Shown in pieces: positions 1-51,589 of a stretch of 64,000 nt of DNA. Each line of letters opens with the position of its first letter. The stretch's first letter is position 1. A program made the position numbers and the translations under genes. Where the stretch lies: NCBI GenBank assembly GCA_951406725.2, contig OX597820.1:126232001-126296000 (forward strand), read 5' to 3'. The notes beneath the pieces were generated by a model that had not been told where the DNA came from, searched no databases, and worked only from the letters and a program-made list of their open reading frames with translations. The DNA comes from Octopus vulgaris. Taxonomy: Eukaryota.

Positions 1-555
1 AGGAGAAAAGGATTCAGTATTAACTAGGCCAACGGAATTTAAGTTGATTTTGTTACGAATATTATCCATTTTCGTTGAAGAATTATAGACAAACCACTTG
101 TCATTGTAGTTGTATCTAATAACAAGAAATTACAAGGAAATTGATCGAATTCAAATGAAGTGAGCATATCTTTTGATTTTTTAAAAATCTTTTCGAAATT
201 TATTTCCATTTTACGAATAATTATTTCCTATTATAGATTAATATTATAAATAAAGCAATTTAGACTTCAGCTCCGAATATCAAATTGAATGGAACCGACC
301 GATGTTTCTGAGTGATGGGTCTGAGATCTAACAAATAATTCTGAGAAAACCCTTCCTACTTAAGTTAGAAATTCACCCGGCGGTTTATTACTACACGTTA
401 TGAGTTTAAGGTGGAATGGACTGTTTTCACAGCAGACGTTGCATGTAATTCAAACTGGAAGTACAGCAAAATTTGATAATGAATATTATCGAGCCGTTTG
501 AGAACTAAGAACTAGATTAAGGTGACTTGAACTTAATATTTTTTAGTTAATTCAT

Positions 556-944
556 GGATGGAAGCACTCCGTCGGTTACGACGATGAGGGTTCCGGTTGA
601 TCCGAATCAACGGAACAGCCTGCTCGTGAAATTAACGTGTAAGTGGCTGAGCACTCCACAGACACGTGTACCCTTAACGTAGTTCTCGGGGATATTCAGC
701 GTGACACAGAGAGTGACAAGGCCGGCCCTTTGAAATACAGGTACAACAGAAACAGGAAGTAAGAGTGAGAGAAAGTTGTGGTGAAAGAGTACAGCAGGGA
801 TCTCCACCATCCCCTGCTGGAGCCTCGTGGAGCTTTTAGGTGTTTTCGCTCAATAAACACTCACAACGCCCGGTCTTGGAATCGAAACCGCGATCCTATG
901 ACCGCGAGTCCGCTGCCCTAACCACTGGGCCATTGCGCCTCCAC
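556..944 (-). mobile_element. Full-length tRNA-derived SINE (core A, tail X) with 11-bp TSD
   Basis: Head with A-box TGGCCCAGTGG and B-box GGTTTCGATTCC; TSD agttaattcat at 545-555 and 945-955. Confidence 0.9.
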
Positions 945-1426
945 AGTTAATTCATACGACCTTATACAATCATCCCATGGTATTTTCCTCGTGAACAAAA
1001 CACATGTGACTATGGTATATAAATGCCGATTTGCTTCGATCAGTAGGCCATCATGCCAAGCCATCGGCCCTACTGGTTACCCACGTACACCAAAGTAGAG
1101 TCCACAAATAAATATGTATAAAGCTCTGAATACACAACTGGAAGAGCATTAAATCAAAGTCGCCATTTGTGTATAAACAAAATCTATATACACCGTTAGG
1201 AAGCATGATGCTTTGCAATTGTCTGAGGTAAAATATCTTCTGAGGCTTGTGTTTAAAAACATGATATAAACACTATCGTTGCTCCAGACACGTTTCACCT
1301 TTCTCGAGTCTAGTCAATGCCGTTGCACCCCGTTGTCACCTGCGTGAACGAAATATTCGTGCTTCTTGATAAACAGAATTAAACATTAGCACAATTGAAA
1401 CAGTATTAAATTAAAACCGGCATCTG

Positions 1427-1432
1427 TTTATT
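1427..1432 (-). terminator. Candidate polyadenylation signal AATAAA for TnT
   Basis: tttatt on + strand about 290 nt past the stop codon; first canonical hexamer seen downstream. Confidence 0.5.
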
Positions 1433-1720
1433 GCACTAAATGCGTATTCACAGTTAGAAGACTTGACACCGTTGAATTCTTGAATTATCTGAGATGAAAT
1501 CTCTTTCTGATGAAGAAATTTAATTCAGACAATTCCACAGCGACTTGTGAATACATTTTGTATGAGATACACACGGCAATAGAAATATTTAAAATGCACA
1601 TGTAACAACGCTAAGATATCTTCACTGAAATTTACTTACCTTTGAACTAACTATATGTTTTTAATACATTTTTTAAATCATTTTTATATTGTTGCTTTGA
1701 AAGTTGTTTAATTAGTTCAT

Positions 1721-38012
<36,292 letters not shown>

Positions 38013-38151
38013 GGCTGGTTTCTTTTACGCTATCAACAACTGAAAGAGAAAAAAAACACGGTGAAAAATCAATGAGCTAATCGATCACACGGTGACTCAC
38101 AAAAGAACATGTATATATGTATTCATAAGAATATAGCTTTTATGTATAGAC

Positions 38152-38237
<86 letters not shown>

Positions 38238-38585
38238 TTAGATATAGATCTATATGAATATTTATACACACACACACACACATATATATATACACACATA
38301 AATTGCGTGTGTGTGGTCATAATTTTTATATTCATACGAAAATACATATGCATATATAATTGAAGAAGTATGTTTGCATGTATGTATAAATATATGTATA
38401 TATATATATATACATGCATTAATGTTCGTGTACATACATATATTCGTTTCGTGCGTATATTTTATATAAGTCAAGGGAACAGTAGGGGAAGAGGAAGTTT
38501 GAGAACACAAGGACGTGAGGAGATAATTTCAGAAGAGCGTACAATAAGCAAGATTAAGAAAAACACAACTATTTTGGCAGAATCT

Positions 38586-38616
<31 letters not shown>

Positions 38617-39569
38617 TCTTCTTTTAACTTTGTGAACTTTTGTAGATTAGGTATATTGATAAAAATAGACATGTGTATTATTTCTGGGTGTGTTATATAT
38701 TCATGCTTTTTAATTATTTCTGCCGTTTGTAACGTCTTTCGTTTTAAGATGTTATTCTTGTTTTTTGTTGTTTTTTTTTTCTTTATTCAATTTTCATTGA
38801 GTCATGTTAGCATGTGAAAGAAATATAAATAATTAAAGCTAGAAACAAAATAAAAACTGAATTACTACACATAATTCACTTTGAAATTACAAAAACGCTA
38901 ATGTTCCACAAACGACAATCAAAATAGCCAAGTTGAATGCTCGTTAGAATTCGTTTTCATCCACTGAGTGCTCTGTAGCTTTTGAGAAGCATTCTTTGTT
39001 ATATATAAAAGAATTAAGCGCTTCTTTGAAAACATAAAATTTTGTTTATGTTAACACTCCTGAATAAGCATGATTTAACAATATGTAGGAAACCTAGTAA
39101 TACTATTTCATGAAACTTACTTATATCTCTCCCATTAAGGAATCGGAAATTCGTTTTGTACACAAATACAGTGAATGTGTCTATATACGTTAAATATATT
39201 CGCTTAAAATGTGTGGTCTTGCGTCTAACATGAGCTTGAATACCACTCGTAACAGCCCAAGTAGAATTTTATATTATATTCATAATGTATCTAAACTATA
39301 TATTGGTGAACTGATTATAATGCAGAACCATCATCGTCATTTATGGACGCACTATATGATACACTACGACTAATAAATTCTTTCTGGAATTTCAGTTTGT
39401 ATGTCACTGTTTGAGGGAAAATGCCCACCTCTATGCACTCTCTTACACTCCGCTATTCGTAAAGAAGCTAACTGAGGGTTAAACCACTCAGATTTACAAA
39501 CCTCCGTGTATTTGATGTGTGTGTGTGTGCTTATATGTATATATACACATGTACATACAAGTATATATA

Positions 39570-39797
39570 TTTCTTTACTACCCACAAGGGTCTAAACACA
39601 GAGGGGACAAGCAAGGACAGACAAAGGGATTAAGTCGATTACATCGACCCCAGTGCGTAACTAGTACTTAATTTATCGACCCCGAAAGGACGAAAGGCAA
39701 AGTCGACCTCGGCGGAATTTGAACTCAGAACGTAACGACAGACGAAATACCGCTAAGCATTTCGCTCAGCGTGCTATCGTTTCTGCCAGCTCGCCAC
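39570..39797 (-). mobile_element. Well-preserved SINE of the most abundant family in the window
   Basis: Minus strand ggcgagctggcagaaacg...gagttcaaattccgccgaggtcgactttgcctttcgtcctttcggggtcgataaa; decayed relatives at ~2240-2380, 9010-9090, 18740-18900, 22170-22370, 27940-28090, 41185-41377, 49310-49510, 49575-49750, 52216-52420, 59130-59280. Confidence 0.85.
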
Positions 39798-40088
39798 ATC
39801 TAATAGCACTGATTCATCCACCTCCCATTGGAGCTTCGTGTGAGCAGAACACATCTACATCATCAACTGTATTCGAAGATATCTGATGAGGTGACTATAA
39901 TGTAATATGTTAATGCTTGTTTTTAGGAATAGTTATACAAAACAGCAAACATTAAATAGACAGATGGCTCGCTATTTTCAAGTGGATTAACGTTTATTTT
40001 CACAAGGAAATTATCAACGGCTTCGAAGGCTCGCGTTATTAGCCGTCATCAAATTGATCATCAGTAAAAGAGAGAAACATAGAGAGAG

Positions 40089-40150
<62 letters not shown>

Positions 40151-40279
40151 TGTGTGTCTGTGTCTGTGTGTGTGTGTCTTAGAGTTGGCAAATTTTCAGA
40201 TAAGACGAGAATAGTTTATAACGAATAAACTATGAAAATTTGGTGTATCAGTGTGTATGCATGTTTGCGTGCATGCACT

Positions 40280-40360
<81 letters not shown>

Positions 40361-41768
40361 ACGCACACGAGCGTACTTGTTATTCATAATTTTTTTTTCT
40401 TTTGCAAAAATGTTTGCTAAATTATTTTTTTCTGCCTTTATGTGTCCTGTTACTCCTGCAGTTTTCGTTGTTAATAAACAGATATTTCAAACAACCCTTG
40501 TATTTTATTGCTTCGAAAAGATTTATGATACAATAAAACAAAGACTTAAACAACTATTCGAGCATTTATCAGTTTTAAAAGACTTTTTTTTAAATTTCAC
40601 AATGAATAGCTGGTTTTCTTTATATGTTTTCCCTTTCTATAATACAGAAAGATTAAATATATATATATATATATATAATTACACAAGACATGAAGACGTT
40701 AGACTGTTGCTAAAACCCCCCCGATATACCATTGAAGACGCAGTCCTCGTATTAACATTTAAGATATTCTTTTCTTTACAAAGAACTTTATTGTGAATGA
40801 ACTGAGAAAATTTTAAATGGTTTCCTTTCTTTCGAACAACTGTAATTTTTGTGTTAAATTAGGGCTCCATCAAATGAAAAACATGGTCGCTTTAAATACA
40901 TGTAAACAAGACATTTTATATTTAATTCAAATAGTATTCCTTTTCTTCAAAGAGTCAATCGTATTATTTGTTAAGCATGAACGCCTATTCACGGAATCTC
41001 TCATCACATTTTCTCCTTACATATACCCACCAACCCCGCCCCCTATATATATGTATATACATATACATATATATTTATATATACACACACATACATTACA
41101 TGCATGTATGAGTGTGCATATATACGCGTATGTATGTACCCGGTCATGTATCGGTGCTTGCATGTAGGTAGACATACTGCTTTCAAATTGTGGCACAAGA
41201 CCAGCAATTTCGTGAGAAGCGATTACATCAACCTCAATGAATGGTACTTATTTTATCGACTCCGAAAGAATGAGAAGCAACGTCGGCCTCGGCGAAATTT
41301 GAACTCAGAACGTAAAGACATATAAAACGCTGTTAAGCATTTTGCCCGGCGTGCTAACGATTCTACCTGTTCGCCACATACGAAGTGTTGTTGAAAAATT
41401 CCTAGCTTTGGGAATAGAAAATAGAGGAGGATTAGTTAATTATGATTTTTTGCAACATACTCTCTTCTCAAATTCACAAATTCACACAATTATTGCAACG
41501 TTCCTTCAGTTTTTATAAGTCCCGCAAAAGAACTCGGAAGTTTGAACATCGACCCAGGCCTTTGGCGAGGATCTTTTCAGCACCCCCTCGTATTGATGAG
41601 TGTTTCAATGTATTTAAACTACTACCGTCAATACTTTCACTCACTTGATATATCAAACTACTTAGCAAGTTATTCATAATACCCAACTGACCAACATTAC
41701 GGATTCTGTAGAACAAGATCTGTCGAAAAGCTACACTGCGAAACCAGCACTAGTGACCTTGACATCAG

Positions 41769-42008
41769 GTAAAGACCCCTTTCGGTCATAAATAACCATG
41801 GGATTTTACCTAGAAAGTTACCCTCGGAAGCACAAGTCCAGGCAAAGTTGTTTGTAGAAGACTAGTAGCGCCCATGCATACCAGCCTCCGCAGCATGAAA
41901 TAAAGTGTCTTGCTCAAGAACACAACACACAACCCGGTCCGAGAATCGAACTCACTACCTCATGGTCATGAGCCCAACGCTCTAACCACCGAGCCATGCG
42001 CCTTCACA
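41769..42008 (-). mobile_element. tRNA-derived SINE (core B-like, tail W) with 9-bp TSD
   Basis: Head gaaggcgcatggctcggtggttagagcg...gagttcgattctcgg; TSD tgacatcag at 41760-41768 and 42009-42017. Confidence 0.8.
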
Positions 42009-42564
42009 TGACATCAGTACAACCATAATCTACCCGCCTATTAACTCCACTTGATCCTTATCCTAAGTCCAAACTGTGAAACAGAAAACCTCAGCACTCA
42101 AAAATTTCTCTCGCCTTCGTATGCCATTAAAGAAAGGACATGTATATATGCATACACATACCATCATATACATGTAATATGTATACATACATACATATAT
42201 ACATACATACATACATACATACATACATACACACATACATACATACATACATATACACACGTGTACATGTGTGTACATATATATTTATATATACACATAT
42301 ACATAGTCATGAATATACACATGCACATATACTAGCATATAATAAAGGTATATCTATGCACATTTACATATATGCATGTATATATATAAATATACATACA
42401 TATGCATATATATATATATACATGCACAATCACACACATTATATTCATACACACTCATGTATATATTTGTGTATTCTATACCAGCAAGGAAGGAGTCTGT
42501 CATAACCACCACCACCACCACCACCACTACACTGCATTGGTTTTCGCTAGCTTTTCCTAGTGCG

Positions 42565-42609
<45 letters not shown>

Positions 42610-42816
42610 ACATACACACACCAGTCCACAGCATTCCCGCATCTACAAGCTCGTAGCTTCTACGAGTGTGCCAGCGCGTGCCTCTGCTGCTGGTTGCCAA
42701 GTAGATCGTATTTCATTCACCAAATACGTAGCTGATGCCGTCCCACAACTCGAACGCCTCAGCTTCTTCTTCTTCTTTTTACTTATTTGTTCATTTCTTC
42801 GACATATTCTCCTTAC

Positions 42817-42960
42817 TTAGTTTTATTTATTTATTTGTTTATGCTTCCCTTCTTTTGTGGGGATGGCGATGCCTTGTTTTTTACGTGATTCCTTCGTGTT
42901 TTTTACTAATTTATTTATTTATACAGCTGTAGGTAATATGGCGGCGGATATAGGAAGAGC
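42817..42960 (-). promoter_or_regulatory. Candidate non-coding first exon / proximal promoter of TnT
   Basis: The ATG exon has an acceptor, so an upstream exon must exist. Here there is a GTAAGG donor at 42816, an ATG-free exon body, CCGCCATATT (YY1-like) at 42935-42944 and a CAGCTG E-box at 42924-42929. Motif-only evidence. Confidence 0.3.
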
Positions 42961-43016
42961 CCAGAGGCAAAATGAAAGAGGAGCGGTAAATATATACGAT
43001 ACGAAGGAACAGAGGA

Positions 43017-43099
<83 letters not shown>

Positions 43100-43589
43100 C
43101 ATGCGTGCGTGATGTATGTAGGGGAAAGTGGAATGGTGGAAGGGGAGTTTGAGTGTATATATATATATATGTTTGAGTTTTTGCCTGTTTGTGTATTTGT
43201 GTGGTAAAAGAGGGTGTGAGTGAAAGGGTGTGTTATTAAAGTAGGGAGAAATATGGCTGAATATGGGTACGTATGTGTCAGAGTGAGAGAGGAGGAAAAA
43301 GCGAGAGTAAGAGAGAATTTTTTTTTCTTCTCTGTCGTCTGGAAGTAATCATTTTGGCGTGTACATGTTAAAAATGGAGAGAAAATGCGTGAGTGTGAGA
43401 GCATATATATATGTATCTAGTGTGTGTTTGTGCGCGTGTGTGTACTCGGCTGTTTACGTAAACATACATACACATTTATTTGGATTTGTACAAACACATA
43501 CACACGTCTATGTATATGTGTGCGTATGCGTATGTATGCATATAGGGGAGTAATGGTTTACAAGGAATAAGAAACTAGAAAAAGGATAG

Positions 43590-43910
43590 TGCAAGAAATT
43601 GAGAATGTCCGACAGAAGCTCCTGAAAGATTCCTTAATTGACTTCAGACATCTGAGAGAGCCAACAGACTTTTCAACAACGGTTCTTGTGAATGAGTTCT
43701 AGAAGGTTTATCTTATCCTCAAAATTTTTTTCTCCTGGTCAGTCACCCTGAATGCTCTTCAGCTTGAACCAGCACAGAACCGACATTAAGTCGTGCATGT
43801 CTCTCAAAACCTCGATGGTTGAATGACCATCAAAACATTTCGAGGTCTAAGACGCACACTCATACAGTTTCATAAAAGTTTGGTGCAATTTTTGAACCAT
43901 CGACAAAAAT
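43590..43910 (-). mobile_element. Decayed mariner transposase fragment (N-terminal HTH region)
   Basis: Translation with stops and frameshifts gives FERHARLNVGSVLVQAEEHSG*LT and ELIHKNRC*KVCWLSQMSEVN*GIFQELLSDILN, resembling mariner FEWH.RFK.GR.SVEDDERSGRP and ELIHEDRR.TI..LA..VGISYG.CQEIL...LN (recalled motifs). Confidence 0.7.
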
Positions 43911-44300
43911 CGCTGGGCGTTCGAACACACGATAGACCATACGGAATCGCTGTAGACGTATCAATAGCATGAAACCTATTTGTAGAATGACTAAAGAGCA
44001 GTCTGGCTAAACATGGTCGTCAGGTGTGCATATATTGCAGTTTAACATTACAAACATGAAACTTAAAACCCAAAAATTTTCTGGTAACATGTCCGTTGTT
44101 GTTGAGTCGGTCGTCCGGTCTACAACTGACACTTTCACAATGAATCTACTTTCAAATGATTTTATTCTGTCGCATATATTCAGGCAAGGTTCCTTTGTTG
44201 ACTTGAATCTGTTAGCGGTAAAGTGGACTGAGAAAGGAAGTGAGATTTTTCGCAACTAAATACTGAGCAGCTGCCATTAACATGATACGAACTAGTGACC

Positions 44301-44377
<77 letters not shown>

Positions 44378-44434
44378 CACATATATATATATATATATAT
44401 ATAGTGAGAGAGAGGCAGAGAGACAGAGAGAAAC

Positions 44435-44465
<31 letters not shown>

Positions 44466-44962
44466 TATACGCACGCACTAGCAGCATGCACAGACACTCA
44501 AAACACACGCACACGCAATGTCGTTTTCCCGAACGACACTTACCGTGTCATACACAGATACACGCAAACAAACAACTGGTTGAGAGATTTGCCGATAAAG
44601 CAATTGATTATAATAATAATGTAAAGCAAATGTGGTTACTTATTCAACACACACATAAAGGTATATAATCAGAAATATCTACGTTTGTGTGTGTGTGTGT
44701 GTGTTACTTTATTATGTTATTTTTCAAAATTAATATGCAATATAAGGTTACACATATCAAAGTAGTTACTAATATATAGTACTTTATATATATACACACA
44801 CACACATATATAATTTAAATTTCCTTACGTAAAGAGAAATAGCATATTTATTCGTGTCTATGTGTATGTGTAAAAGGTGTTTATCCGAATGTATTTACAT
44901 GTGTGTGTGTTCGTGTGTCTGTGTGCATTTGTGTGCGGAAGAAAGAGAGAGAGAATGAGAGA

Positions 44963-45005
<43 letters not shown>

Positions 45006-45161
45006 TTATGTGTGTGTCATTTAGAAAGTAACTTCAAGAGAATGACCAGTGGAACTAATTCAGGTTTATGTTAATTCGTCACATTTTTTTCGTACAGATA
45101 TTCGTACTTATTAACATAATTACTGCAGTCTCCAACCTCAACCATTCCTTTCTTCTCCCCC

Positions 45162-45212
<51 letters not shown>

Positions 45213-45730
45213 ACTCTCTCTCTCTCTACCACTTCATATTCTGTTTTATGCATACTTAATTAAGATAGCAGCTGCAGTGATGTCTTATAGAAGTTTTTCA
45301 TAGATGCCATATACAATTTTTTATGTGTATATGTGTATATGTGAGTGTGTGTGCATGTGTGTGTATGTGTGTGCATTTTTTATTTTGTTTTACGAGGAAT
45401 GTATAAAACATATCGCAGACTTACATGGCTGTGTCAAATATATATATACTATTCAAATAGATATACAGATACATAACTATGTGTATCTACAGTTATATTT
45501 ATGATGTTCTTGTTGCCTACCCTGTTAATTTCCATACTTCGAAACATGTCAGATTTACATATTATATACGTTGCCAGCTATATGATATATGGGTGTTGGG
45601 GAATGGGGTTATTTGTTTATTTCAACTGAAGGAATTTCAGAAGTTATAAATTTATAAAGTCATACACAGACAAATATATACATAGGTAGGTAGATAGGTA
45701 GATACACATATCGATATGCATACATATAAA

Positions 45731-45775
<45 letters not shown>

Positions 45776-45973
45776 ATATATACATACATATATATGCATA
45801 CATACACACATATACATACACAAATACAAGTGTATACATTTATACACACATACATACATAAATAAGAAGTCTGATGATCGATGTGACGTGAAACCCGATT
45901 CAACTTAAATTAACCATATACCTTATAACATATGCTGAGTTCTCTTTTTTATTTGTCAACGTTTGAATACAAT

Positions 45974-46405
45974 TGGCTGTGTGGTAAGTAGCTTCCTTAC
46001 CAACCACATGGTTCTTTGTTCGGTCCCACTGCGTAGCACCTTGGGCAAGTGTCTTTTACCCTAGCCTCGGGCCGACCAAAGCCTTGTGAGTGGATTTGGT
46101 AGACGGAAACAGAAAGAAGCCTGTCGTGTGTATGTATGTGTATATATATATGTGTGTGTGTGTGTGTGCGTCTGTGTGTGATTGTGTGTGTGTGTGTGTG
46201 TGTGTCTCTGTTTGACCCCCACCACTATCGCTTGACAACCGATATTGGTGCGTTTACGTCCCCGTAACTTACCGGTTCGGCAAAAGAGGCCGGTAGAATA
46301 AGTACTAGGCTTACAAAGAATAAGTCCTGGGGTCGATTTGTTCGACTAAAGGCGGTGCTCCAGCATGGCCAGTCAAATGACCGAAGCAAATAAAAGAATA
46401 AAAGA
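45974..46405 (+). mobile_element. tRNA-derived SINE with internal (TG)n and (aataaaag)n tail
   Basis: Same family as 5946-6111 but with its 3' half present. Confidence 0.85.
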
Positions 46406-46840
46406 ACACACACATACATAAAATATTTCTGGAATATATCACTCGAAGCACTTTGTGTGGTACTTCATTGATCTCGTGAGAAACGCAAGGGCTCATAACT
46501 ATGCAAAAACTGAAAACAGTTGTGCACCTTTATTCGATGCACCAATTCTCTTCATCTATCGTTCAAACATACACACACTAACACATAAACGTAAACACAC
46601 CTAAGTATACATTATCCTCAAAGACACACACATATTCATATATACATTCATACATGTTATATTTATACATTATATCTGAATATTATATATTATATTGGTA
46701 CACACACGTGTGAATATGTATATATATACATATACATACATACCTATATATATACACACATACATATATATATACATACATACATTCATGCATACAGAGA
46801 AACACATAAATGTGTGTGTCTGTCTCTGTCTGTCTGTCTG

Positions 46841-46947
<107 letters not shown>

Positions 46948-48468
46948 GTGCGTGTGTGTAAACATTATAATTAGTAAACATGTTTGTTCTTGTGCGGCCA
47001 ATTCTGAATACAAAGTTACTCAGTCATTGAAGCTTAGCAGTCTATTTCATTATATATATATATAATGCGTAGATATTCTATAGAATGTCAGGCTTATTCT
47101 ATTTTATTGTATTTTATTGTATTTCATAGTTTTAATTGTAATATCACGACGGACAGGAGGGTTTGGACAGTTTATTATCGACATGAAATCTGTGAAATCT
47201 AAACGTATATTTGAAATAAGCAATATAACAGACAACAGTGGTGAGAAAATGTTATTAACGATGCAATACTGAAACCTAAATTCAATAGAAATATTCTAAT
47301 GAAATTTTTTTGTCCTCTCTTTATTGCATCAAACTGAACTCGAACGACATTTTGATTTTCCTTACTTTTTTATTTGTTTGTTTTTAATCATTTATTCAGG
47401 ATGGAAGGGCAGTGCCCGAAGAAGTTATTCTCAAACTGGCAACCTAATCTGAATGCTGGCAACGAAGTGGCTTTTTAACGGTATCCAAAGTACCAATTGT
47501 TGGTGTTCTAACGGGCGATGGATTGAATCTGCTGTCTAGGAATTGCACTGCTCATTATATTTATCACAAAATATATCTTTACGTACATCTGGTTCTTTTG
47601 ACGGTCACAGCAATTACAAAGGAGATAATCATTTCGTTATAACTTGTAGCAGATGTTTGTTAAAATCATGGATTTCCTATAGATTTCGTTTTTTCTTTAT
47701 TTATTTATTTAGTTAGTTAATACGAATATCTTAAAATTTCTAGTGGTTCATATTTCGTCTTACACAAGCACTTAACAACTTCCAGTTTCTGCAGGTTATG
47801 TTGTAAATGATCGATTGCTATTTGTTTATTCAATGGCTTTCTTTCAAAACCAATAGAGGTTTCTTGCACACAAATCTACGATCATGCATAAAACTATTTT
47901 AACACGCCTAATATCATGCCCAGCCGATAAAAATCGCCATCGACAGCCGTGCTGGCGGCTGAAATATTTTTACGAGAATCTCCTCCACGTTAGTTGTCGC
48001 ATTTACGAATAGTAATTTGAAAAGTTGCACGAAGCTCGGAACGTTATTGCCAAACACTTGTTTTGTTTTTTTATTTGTATTGTTTGTAGTTGAAGATTAC
48101 GTTTGGCATCTTTGCTCGTTGATGACAACATGCAGGGTTTTTCAAACTATGCCTAATACAAACACGTTGATCAACAGAGTATTTATGATATGATATGTGT
48201 AGAGATGATTTCATTAAATGGAAGATTTGCGCATTTTTCAGAGCACCCAGGTATTCAATGAGCATATAGCTTTTCTATAAGTATTTAGATCAAATTTAAC
48301 ATTAGCTTAATTTCAAGCAATGGCTATTACGAATGCATTTCTATATGTTGAAATTTACTGTTTTTAAACGGTTGATGTTTCTTTATTTTAGTTTCGTAAG
48401 AGAAGAAACTAAAGCATATTAAGTTATCCTAATATTTATAGATCTCAGTATTAAGCGTACGTGTTATA

Positions 48469-48602
<134 letters not shown>

Positions 48603-50172
48603 TGTGTGTGTGTGTGTGTGTTGATGCTTTCAAAGGCAGCTCTGCTCAGGCTGAGCTGAGCTCAACAGAGTACCGACTAACCTTAATCTGGTAATAGAGT
48701 TACTATTTTAGCCAATGTGTCCTTCTTTCTTTGAAAGTGGTAAGTGCATAATTTAAGAGAGATTTTGATGCTAATTCGCGCAGGTCAAGCAGCAACGTTA
48801 CAGGCTCCCTTGTTGCCTCGTCCTTATCCTCTTTGATAATTCCAACCTTTTATAGAATATATGATAATAATATGAGCGATTCCCAACATTTCAATGACAC
48901 TTTATTTCATCGACTCCAGGACGATGAGAAACTGAGACAAGCGCAACGAAATTTGCTGTGCTTTTATGTGAGGAGAGAGAAAGACAGACAAAGAGATAGA
49001 AAGAAAGGGGGGGCTGCATAACACTTTCCAGGTGGCTAAGACCTAATTTAATCTAAGTTTAATTATTTCATCAAGTCTACATTTCAAATAAACCATTCAT
49101 GGTAGCTGAAATCACCGATAATTCTATTGTATTTCTGTCAGTTTCTCTCTCTCTCTGCTCTCACGCTCTTACTCTCTCTCTCTCTCTTACTCACTCTCTC
49201 TCTCTCACACACACACACACACCCGCCTTTCTGTTCTTTTCAAATCACCACTGAATTAGACGAAGTTGTTTTGGAAAAAGATAAACGAGACTAAAATTAT
49301 TTATTTAAGTTGGCAGAAACATTCCAACGTCGGAAAAAATGCTTAGCAGCATCTCTTCCGGCTCTTTACATTCTGACTTCAGACTCCGCAAATGTCAAGT
49401 TTACATTTCATCCTTTCGGGGCAATTAAATAAACTACCAGTCAAGTACTGATGTCAGTATAATCGTCTTACCCATCCCACTTAAATTTCATGCCTTGTAC
49501 CAAAATTTGAAGCATTTATTATAGCTACTATTTAGTCTAATTTGTATTTTATTTAATATCTATTTCTTTAATAGGTTGGCAATCTGGCAGAATCGTAAGC
49601 ACGCCGCGTAAAACGCTTGACGGCATTTTGTCTGTCTTTGTGTTATGAGTTCACTTTTAACCGAGGTAGATTCTGCTTTGTCGTCCTTTCGGAGTCGATA
49701 AACCAGTCGATGTAATCTCACGAAATTGCTGGCCTTGTACCAAAATCTGAAATCAATATTTATTTCTTTTATACACAACGTTCTTATTAGTATATTTCAA
49801 TAGGCGTTGGGTGGCAGAATTGACTACTAAGCCATCACAAAAAAAAAAAAAAACGGTCCACTGTTCTAGCTGTTCACAACAGTTCAAATTCTATTAAAGT
49901 CATCTTTGTTTTACATAAAACACCATACACGGGGAAATGTGTTTCTATTCCTACAGTAGAGTATGGGTGAAAATATAATAGAGGATCATAACTAAGACAG
50001 AAGTAATTTCTTTTCCAAAACAAGATAGGAGCTTTGCTGTGTTTGAAAATTAGCAAATACTCTTAAAACATTAACCAATTAAAAGATTATTAATCATTCA
50101 GATTGTTTTTGTTTTTTTGTTGTTTTTTTTGTGTGGTGGGGTGTATTTTTCACACACTGGTTTATTTCTTAC

Positions 50173-50440
50173 CACTGTTCATACCATCAACCAAATCCTT
50201 CGATGTGTATATTTGCTTCCATTTTGTCAGTAGCACTCTCTCTCTCTTTCTCTCGCTCTCTCTCTCTCTCTCTCTCTCATCTTCCTCTTTCAGTCACATC
50301 CTTTTCATCTCCCTTTCCCTCACCCACTCTCTTTTACGAACCTTTTTGTGTGTGTGTTTTTTTTTTTTTGTTTTCGGAGTTTTCGGGGTTTTTTTTTTTT
50401 CAAGTTTGTGTTGTGTCATGATGAAATATGGCGGAAGTGA
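50173..50440 (-). promoter_or_regulatory. Candidate distal non-coding first exon / promoter
   Basis: TG|GTAAGA donor at 50172; 5' end reads TCACTTCCGCCATATTT (Inr-like, ETS-like and YY1-like overlap). Contains short uORFs. Motif-only evidence. Confidence 0.3.
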
Positions 50441-50697
50441 AGCGGTGTGAGCAGATGTGTTGGTCGGTGTGGCGGAAGGGTATGTTCAGTGGGTTGGGTT
50501 GAGAAAGGAGAAATGAGATAAAAAGAGAGATAAAACAAGATAAAGTTTTGTTTAGTAAAGGATGGTCTGTAAGTCTGATTGTCTCACTGGTTGGCCGGCT
50601 CGAGAATCAGGCAGATGGAATAATACACGGATATATAAGGAGACAAAATTCATAAATAACATATTGCAAACACACACACGCTCACAAATACATGCAA

Positions 50698-50734
<37 letters not shown>

Positions 50735-50755
50735 CATATATATATGTATGTATAT

Positions 50756-50796
<41 letters not shown>

Positions 50797-50824
50797 TATA
50801 TATATATATATACATACATATATA

Positions 50825-50900
<76 letters not shown>

Positions 50901-51441
50901 CATACATACAGAGAGAGATGTCTGTATCCATGTATGTATTTATCTAGAGAGAGAAATCAAGCTTTATTCATGATAACACCTACGATGTATTATGTGTGAG
51001 TAGGTGTTTATGTGGGTGTTTGCATGGATCTTAGTATGGGTATGTGCATATGTGGTAGTGTACATGAGTGTATGCATAGAAGTGAGTGTGCGTGCGTGCG
51101 CATCCGAATGTGTGTGTGTGTGTGTGTGTGTGCATGTGTGTGTGCGTGCGTGTTTAGCCATGTATTTCTGTTTTCCATTGTTTTGTTATGTATGAGTAAA
51201 CATGACTTCATCATTCTGTCTGCAATAATTATATTTTCCTGCTCAAAAACAAACAAAAAAAAGATAAATAAATATTGCGGATTAGCAACATTCAAAGTTT
51301 TGTCTGTATGCGTCCTTAGAAATGTATGTGCGAGCACGTGATCATGTAGGTATATATTTATCTATATGGAGTGATATGCATATATGTGTGTGTGTGTGTG
51401 TGTGTGTGCATGTACATATGTATAGCTATATCTATCTACCT

Positions 51442-51545
<104 letters not shown>

Positions 51546-51557
51546 GCAGATAGATAG

Positions 51558-51589
<32 letters not shown>

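Noticed and set aside
830-944. tRNA gene candidates (also ~13760-13836, ~41930-42008, ~57015-57089)
   Set aside because: These are tRNA-derived SINE heads fused to SINE bodies; no complete cloverleaf with terminator was seen.
47399-47600. Possible + strand exon after ttattcag
   Set aside because: All three frames close within about 80 nt, with no recognisable protein or partner exons.
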